This document shows, piece after piece, positions 54,313 through 59,846 of a DNA stretch of 59,846 bases (positions are counted from its first letter, which is position 1; the number at the start of each line of letters is the position of its first letter). A model generated the notes under the pieces. The model did no database searches and was not told the origin of the DNA. It worked only from the letters and a program-made list of their open reading frames with translations. Origin of the DNA: a virus (Duplodnaviria; Caudoviricetes); the IMG/VR virus record IMGVR_UViG_3300030099_005700, positions 1 to 59,846 of that record. One strand, 5' to 3'. The translations under genes and the position numbers were made by a program.

Positions 54313-55566
54313 CTAAGACAGTCTTCTATCTACAGCCTCTTGGAAAGACTCTTTACTCTCGACAAGAGAAGGGATCATTTCGCGGCTTATATCAAGAAAT
54401 CTTTTTCGTCTGTCTTTACCTTTTATTTTAATTGGGGCTTTTTCGCCCCCTTTCAGACCGTGTTTATCTACGTAATTTTCTTTGTGATACCCCTGACCTA
54501 TTGTCTTTAATCTCTTATCATAGTCGTCTAATCGTCGGGCTGCGATGTGGTGGGTTCTGCGGGACGCTGGGATGCTGGAGCCATACCTCATCTCCCGTAA
54601 AGTTTTTTTGATGTACTCCCTTTGTTTGGGGGTCATATCGTCATAATCATTGAGACCAAGACCAAACAATCTTAGTCCGGCGTCGATGTCTCTCTTAACG
54701 ACGGGGAACCGTTTACCGGTATGCGCCCTAGTGTCTTTCCCTGCGTATCTCACCGGAGGTGTCTCGTCGTCTTCCGGCCCATACAAAGATATGTCTTCAG
54801 CTTTAGGGTCGCTAACTGTATCGAGATATCCATAGAAACGGCTAACTTCTGAAGGTAGTTTTTTCCTGAAAGCTAGCTTTTCTTCTCTGCTCATGGCGTC
54901 ATACTCGGCTATTTTCTTATCAAACTTCTCAGGCGTATCAATACGTGCGCCAGTCTTTTGATATTCTAGCCTTGTCAACGCAGCTAGGGCTGGTGCAAAT
55001 TCGGAGGGGCTTGTTTCTGGGTAAGTTGTTTTCTGACGAGATAAATCTACGGGGTCGGTTATACTTTTTCTAGGCTTCTCCTTTCCTAGTTTATCATAAA
55101 AGGGGTATTCAGAAAAAGTCATCGCATGAGTCAGTTCATGGCCTAATGTGTCTTTAGGAGTGCTGACATCCCCCTTTAATATGGCATTTACCCTGCTATC
55201 GTATTCTGCTTGGGTTGGTTCTAACTCAAGCTCAAGCCAGCCTGCCGCAGGGTTACTTCGGGGATACGCGAATGCCGCGCCTCCCTCATCCACCGCCACA
55301 GCCTCTATAGATGAAAAATCTGGTTTAGCCACTAACGTCCTGTAGGTGTGGTCTTGAAGATGGACATTTTTTTCGTCTATATCTAAAGGGGGTAATCCTC
55401 TCGCACCCCTGTAATTGTTAGCCTTCTTTAATTCCGCTTCGACATTTTTTGTACTGCCGTAGCCTAAGTCAGCTAAAGCCGCTTTTTTATCTAGCACGGC
55501 TTTCTCTCCTCCCCTTAAACGGCGTAGGACTGTTGCTATATTAGCGGGTGTCGGTTTTTCGGCCAT
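54313..55566 (-). CDS. Zincin-like metallopeptidase-domain protein
   Basis: TLGHELTHA with a downstream Y...SPSEFA glutamate. Confidence 0.65.
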   Translation of the reverse strand: MAEKPTPANIATVLRRLRGGEKAVLDKKAALADLGYGSTKNVEAELKKANNYRGARGLPPLDIDEKNVHLQDHTYRTLVAKPDFSSIEAVAVDEGGAAFAYPRSNPAAGWLELELEPTQAEYDSRVNAILKGDVSTPKDTLGHELTHAMTFSEYPFYDKLGKEKPRKSITDPVDLSRQKTTYPETSPSEFAPALAALTRLEYQKTGARIDTPEKFDKKIAEYDAMSREEKLAFRKKLPSEVSRFYGYLDTVSDPKAEDISLYGPEDDETPPVRYAGKDTRAHTGKRFPVVKRDIDAGLRLFGLGLNDYDDMTPKQREYIKKTLREMRYGSSIPASRRTHHIAARRLDDYDKRLKTIGQGYHKENYVDKHGLKGGEKAPIKIKGKDRRKRFLDISREMIPSLVESKESFQEAVDRRLS

Positions 55567-55581
55567 ATCTTTTCTCTGGCC

Positions 55582-57807
55582 TTATGTTTGTTCTTCTCGG
55601 AACTCAAGAGCAGCCTTCGCATCGCGCATGGCTTGTTCCTGCTCAAACTTACGCTGCTTGATCGCCATATCGAGTTCCGCTTTCTGTTGGGCGATCTGCA
55701 TTTCAACCTGAGCCTTTTGCATCTTCATGTCAACTTCAGAAGGACCAGTTGGTTGTTCTCCAGATTCTTGGGCGGCTTGGGCCTGATCTCGCTGGATCTT
55801 CTCAAGGGCCTTCATCGTATTATTGATGGCCTCTTCAGCGAACTGCAATATCTGATTGGTCTGGGATACCAACCCTTCCAAAGCTGGATCACCAGCAGCA
55901 AACTGGACAGTCTCGCTGATATGCTGGTAAAGAGCCTGCAACGCTGGCAGCGCCTGCTGCGGATCTACCTGCCCAGCATTGATGCCCTCGATCAACTGCT
56001 GCAAGAGTGGGGCGTGTACCTGCAAATGTTGACCGTGTAATTCGTTGGATACAACTGGTACAGGCTGGCCCTGCTGCAATTGGCTATTCTCAAGAACTGC
56101 TATCTTCGTATCCACCGCTGGACGGCTTTCCACTTCTGTTGAAACATATCTGTCAGCCAAGTCGTGGCCCACGCGAGTGCTAACAATATCTCTAGTAAGA
56201 TTGCGACGACCAACATCATCGAATTGACCACTAATGCCCTGCAACTCTCGAAGAGATACAAGTCGGTTGGCGAGTGATCCGCTTCCAATGGAGCGAACCG
56301 CTTTGGTCCTTTCGACATCGAGTTTTTTGATGAATTCCGCATCTACACCTCGTTTCTCACATCTGGAATAAAAATCCTTTACCGCTGTATCCTGTTTCTT
56401 GGACTGGACAACACGCCTGACCATTTCACGCATCAGGCGATTCCAACTTGCATAGAACAGGTTAAGGGTTGCACCACTGATACGGGTAGCGACATCCATG
56501 TCCGAAACTACCTGCATCTGGTTCCTGTAAGGTGAACCCTGCTGGGGTCCATATGTACTGATTGTATCAGTATTTAACTGTAGTTGTTGCGTTAAGTCTT
56601 GCAGGGCGGGCTGAACAGCAGTTCCCAGATTGGGTATCGCCTTCTCTACGATCTTGACGTTAGGCGACATAACGGCGTATGCGCCGTAGAAAGTAAATTG
56701 TAACTCATCCAGTGAACGCTGGTTCTCTGGTTGGATCATCACGGCAGACGACAACATCGCGCCATCAATCTGCTGGCAACGCAAACGATTGCTGGTCTGG
56801 ACATGGTTAAAGATCCGCTGGCCCAGACCCCTGATGGAATGGTAGGTGCCGTTCGACCCAACACCATATGTGAACATGATATAAGCCTGTTCCGGTTTTT
56901 CATACCGGCTGGCTTTCTTATACATGAACTGCTTCGGGGTATCCTCCGCACAAATGTAATGGCTAATACTGCCGTCCATCTCCCTGACCCAGAAATGCAG
57001 GACATCCACAGTCGGGTTCTGGATGCCAGCGTGGATATCGTTGTTCTTGAACTCTGCCTGCAAGGACTCGTACTCACCAAGAAGACTACGATTTCCGGTG
57101 CGCCCAGTATGCTTAACATTCTTAACCATCACCCGCTTCACCTCATCCACATCCCAACCAACCGCTTTCGCCGCCTTCTCATTGCGAATGAACGCATACA
57201 ACTCATGCAGGTGGTACTGCCTCCTGCCTACTGCGACATCAATACTTTCTTCAGTAGCGGGCGTCTGGCGGGGGATCAGCATATCGGCAAAACTGCCGAC
57301 CTTGAAACGCCAGTCATCAGCGGAATCAAAATACGCGATACCCACACCGTGTTTAATAAACGTGGTGCAAAGACGCAGGTAAGAGCTGTGGAACTCAGGC
57401 CAGTTCCTGAAGAGATGGGTCAACTCTTCGGCAACAATTTCTTCCTTCGGCCCAGTTTCACTGCGCTCACCAGTAGTGGCCTTCACATCGACAAACCGCT
57501 CCAGCGAACTGTACAGATCTACATAAGCAGATAACGCAACATCCAGAATCCGCTGGGCCTCGCCAAAGTTCAAATTGGTTTTAAGCGACTGACCACTCAA
57601 GGCGAGCTTGCCCGTATTGTAGGGCGCGGCCCCATCGAACATCGCGTCTACTCTAGCGCGGTTGACCGCTGACTTCTCATCAGCCCTGTGCAGGGTTGCA
57701 AAAATATTAACCGCCGACTTTACATCTTTAAGGCGGGTAGTGGCGGGCTTGCCCTTTTCATCAAGACCCTCAAGGTCCAGCCCGTCTAATTCGTACATGT
57801 CCGACAT
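55582..57807 (-). CDS. Portal protein
   Basis: About 741 aa from MSDMYE; first large gene of the head operon; Gln-rich helical C-terminal barrel. Confidence 0.75.
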   Translation of the reverse strand: MSDMYELDGLDLEGLDEKGKPATTRLKDVKSAVNIFATLHRADEKSAVNRARVDAMFDGAAPYNTGKLALSGQSLKTNLNFGEAQRILDVALSAYVDLYSSLERFVDVKATTGERSETGPKEEIVAEELTHLFRNWPEFHSSYLRLCTTFIKHGVGIAYFDSADDWRFKVGSFADMLIPRQTPATEESIDVAVGRRQYHLHELYAFIRNEKAAKAVGWDVDEVKRVMVKNVKHTGRTGNRSLLGEYESLQAEFKNNDIHAGIQNPTVDVLHFWVREMDGSISHYICAEDTPKQFMYKKASRYEKPEQAYIMFTYGVGSNGTYHSIRGLGQRIFNHVQTSNRLRCQQIDGAMLSSAVMIQPENQRSLDELQFTFYGAYAVMSPNVKIVEKAIPNLGTAVQPALQDLTQQLQLNTDTISTYGPQQGSPYRNQMQVVSDMDVATRISGATLNLFYASWNRLMREMVRRVVQSKKQDTAVKDFYSRCEKRGVDAEFIKKLDVERTKAVRSIGSGSLANRLVSLRELQGISGQFDDVGRRNLTRDIVSTRVGHDLADRYVSTEVESRPAVDTKIAVLENSQLQQGQPVPVVSNELHGQHLQVHAPLLQQLIEGINAGQVDPQQALPALQALYQHISETVQFAAGDPALEGLVSQTNQILQFAEEAINNTMKALEKIQRDQAQAAQESGEQPTGPSEVDMKMQKAQVEMQIAQQKAELDMAIKQRKFEQEQAMRDAKAALEFREEQT

Positions 57808-57817
57808 TAGAAAATTG

Positions 57818-57845
57818 ATGATACCTTTACCATGATTCCTGTCAA
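57818..57845 (-). promoter_or_regulatory. Putative head-operon promoter
   Basis: TTGACA-16-TATCAT, 10 nt before ATG 57807. Confidence 0.55.
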
Positions 57846-58273
57846 GAGTTAGGGTAACAGGTGTCCATGATACGGGATAGGGGGATGTTGTGCTTTTTGC
57901 CCTCCGCACTACGCAATCTTACGTAAGGCTGATTCCCTCTATATGACTCCTGAACAATGAAGGGGTGCCTCCCGCTACCGCCCACAAGATTACTGACCTT
58001 CCACACCGCGCCATAGGGTGTGACTACGTAGTCTGGATAATCAGGAATCGGGGTATAGGAATCACGGGGCAGGGTTCGGGTGCGGGCTTCAGGATCGGTG
58101 TGCCGGATGCGGCGGGTAGAGCCGTCATCAGCCTTGACCTGTGTCTGCCACCCCGAATCAATCCAACTGCGAGCCATGCGCTTCTTGGTCTTGGTATTGT
58201 AGACGAACCCGTTGTCGGAAAGGGCGTAATCAGACGCGCCGGGAATAGGTGTAAAAACAGGGGATTGGCTCAT
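57842..58273 (-). CDS. Tandem NUMOD4-like domain protein
   Basis: Two copies of the pattern: TPIPGASDYALSDNGFVY and TPIPDYPDYVVTPYGAVW. No HNH motif seen. Confidence 0.65.
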   Translation of the reverse strand: MSQSPVFTPIPGASDYALSDNGFVYNTKTKKRMARSWIDSGWQTQVKADDGSTRRIRHTDPEARTRTLPRDSYTPIPDYPDYVVTPYGAVWKVSNLVGGSGRHPFIVQESYRGNQPYVRLRSAEGKKHNIPLSRIMDTCYPNS

Positions 58274-58281
58274 GCAAAAGG

Positions 58282-58310
58282 TTGATAAACCATAGGGCCA
58301 AAAGGGTCAA
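58282..58310 (-). promoter_or_regulatory. Putative promoter
   Basis: TTGACC-17-TATCAA, 8 nt before ATG 58273. Confidence 0.45.
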
Positions 58311-58350
58311 CACTTTTCTTGGTACCGATGATGGCCAGAAATCGAAATGA

Positions 58351-58432
58351 AAAACTCCCTCCTAAATATACTTGGTACTAATGATAAGATCATCAGTACC
58401 ATATATATTTGGGGAGGACTTTTTGAGTTCGG
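58351..58432. repeat. 82-bp hairpin element, copy 2
   Basis: Near-identical to 26426-26507. Confidence 0.9.
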
Positions 58433-58447
58433 TTTTGCAAACGCGCT

Positions 58448-58708
58448 TTATTTGCCCTGCGCTTCTTTGCGTTTTTGATACCTCGCTTTTTGTTTAGCGC
58501 GTATGCTGTTACGGTTTTTGCGGTAATATTCTTTATTGTAGTCTGCCCGCTTTTTACGCCTCTTTTTCCACTCTTCTGGGTCCAGCGCCTTGAGTAATTC
58601 CTCTTTGCGTTCGAACACATCCTTGTTGTTCCTGTAATATTCCCGCTGATACTGTAACCGTTTTTCACGGTTTTTGCGGTAATACTCTTGTTTTTTAGCA
58701 TCAGGCAT
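58448..58708 (-). CDS. Basic helical protein with EYYRKNR repeats
   Basis: 86 aa with three YYRxN repeats. Confidence 0.7.
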   Translation of the reverse strand: MPDAKKQEYYRKNREKRLQYQREYYRNNKDVFERKEELLKALDPEEWKKRRKKRADYNKEYYRKNRNSIRAKQKARYQKRKEAQGK

Positions 58709-58911
58709 GGCGCAAACAATCCCGAAATTGGGCGTTTGTCAAATTTTTTCATAAACAAGACCACACACACATACGGCGCTCGAGAAAAACGACACCCCCA
58801 CCCGTAGCGTCTTGATCCATGGGCCCTGATTCATGATTCGGGGTTCAAGGTGCGGGATTCCCGTAAAACGTTTTATGGAAATTCTGGCTCTTTGCTACCT
58901 TTCCAAGTGAT

Positions 58912-59529
58912 ATGGAAAAGACCATACATCACACCACAGATAGCTCCCCTTTCGGGGAGGATGAGTTGGCAAAGATCAAGCCTTATGCCCCTCGACTGAA
59001 GGAAATTGCAAAGGCTTCTGACAAGCTTACCGATGAGCTTGCCCTTCTCCGCTCCAAGATGCGGGCGGACGGGTTAGACGATCGGAAAGTTTGCCTCTTC
59101 TGCAAGATCTCCTCCGGAGTTCTCGCAGCTTCCGACTACAAGGTCCCCTTCGCCCCTGAGGCAATGGAACTGACCTTGCAGGACGCTAAGGCGCGGAAGC
59201 TTAAGAAGACGCCTACCGTGCCGAATTTCAAGTTTCTTGGCACTGCCAAGGAACTGAAGACGGCGATTGCTCTTGCGAAAGAGCGCACCAGCGCCACGGG
59301 TCCCAGCGACCTTCCTGCCGACAAGGCGGGCGAAATGCTGGCGCTTGTTAAGGCTGGCGAAAAGCCCAAGCCTAAGGACAAGAGCGGTGCTGGCGAGGTT
59401 AGCGCCCTTGGCCGGATCGAATCTGACATCGCTAATGCGGTTGGAGATGAGAAACTGGATCTTGCCGGACTCAAATCGATTGTGTCGCTTTGCCAGCGAC
59501 ACATCAAGAAGCTAGAAGACAAAGCCTAA
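58912..59529 (+). CDS. Hypothetical protein
   Basis: 205-aa Lys/Ala-rich ORF followed by a strong terminator. Confidence 0.75.
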   Translation: MEKTIHHTTDSSPFGEDELAKIKPYAPRLKEIAKASDKLTDELALLRSKMRADGLDDRKVCLFCKISSGVLAASDYKVPFAPEAMELTLQDAKARKLKKTPTVPNFKFLGTAKELKTAIALAKERTSATGPSDLPADKAGEMLALVKAGEKPKPKDKSGAGEVSALGRIESDIANAVGDEKLDLAGLKSIVSLCQRHIKKLEDKA

Positions 59530-59844
59530 CCCTAACCCTGTCCCCCTAACCCTGAAAAGGGTTAGGGGGACTTTTTTGTGCCCTCGTCCCTGCATGGGGG
59601 CGCGGGCATTATTGTTTTAGTCCGCGTGTCAGTCCGCGTGTCAGTCCGCGTGTCAGTCCGCGTGTCAGTCCGCGTGTCAAACGTTTTACCAGATTCTCGT
59701 CAAACGTTTTACCAGATTCTCGTCAAACGTTTTACCAGATTCCCCGATCCCTGAATCCTGAACCCCGATCCATGATCCCTGTATTATTCAAAGACATAAT
59801 TAAACCCTCGTCCACACCTCGTCCACACCTCGTCCACACCTCGT
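59472..59844. repeat. Terminal direct repeat, right copy
   Basis: Matches 1-373. Confidence 0.95.
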
Positions 59845-59846
59845 CC

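Noticed and set aside
57808-57909. N-terminal extension of the portal ORF in the track
   Set aside because: Overlaps the NUMOD4-like gene and a promoter; ATG 57807 is more plausible.
59472-59846. Terminal repeat as a true physical DTR
   Set aside because: It starts mid-gene and ends inside a tandem repeat, more consistent with assembly overlap; reads are needed to decide.
1-59846. tRNAs, integrase, reverse transcriptase/DGR, RNA polymerase, alternative genetic code
   Set aside because: No cloverleaf, recombinase or RT motifs or TR/VR pair seen by eye. Standard-code ORFs already tile the genome densely.

Overview
The window is an apparently complete, circularly assembled tailed-phage genome of about 59.47 kb. 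Positions 1-373 are repeated at 59472-59844 and the assembly breaks inside a tandem repeat. The architecture is podovirus-like: portal, scaffold, major capsid, fibre genes and very large internal-virion proteins, with no tape measure, sheath, RNA polymerase, integrase or tRNA recognised. There are four blocks. (1) A + strand early region (0.4-12.2 kb) with two perfect sigma70 promoters, many small ORFs, a P-loop kinase and a DUF3150-like/AAA/metallopeptidase-VWA operon. (2) A - strand block with a 3854-aa polyvalent protein (J-domain, GNAT, zincin), internal proteins and the terminase large subunit. (3) A + strand replication block with a RuvC-like resolvase, SF2 helicase, Cas4-like nuclease, SSB-like protein, PolA and primase-helicase. 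(4) A - strand lysis and structural block. The most notable observations are: (a) a short amphipathic motif SF-x-[DE]-[AS]-[VIL]-[DEN]-x-x-[LF] at both ends of the scaffold protein and at the extreme C-termini of an unrelated lysozyme and a zincin peptidase, a candidate capsid cargo-loading tag; (b) a tandem structured element in the 5' leader of the major capsid gene; (c) a 14-bp palindrome GTTAAACGTTTAAC at early gene junctions, with genes flanked by direct repeats; (d) an 82-bp hairpin element duplicated 32 kb apart. All family assignments come from motif recognition by eye, not database searches.
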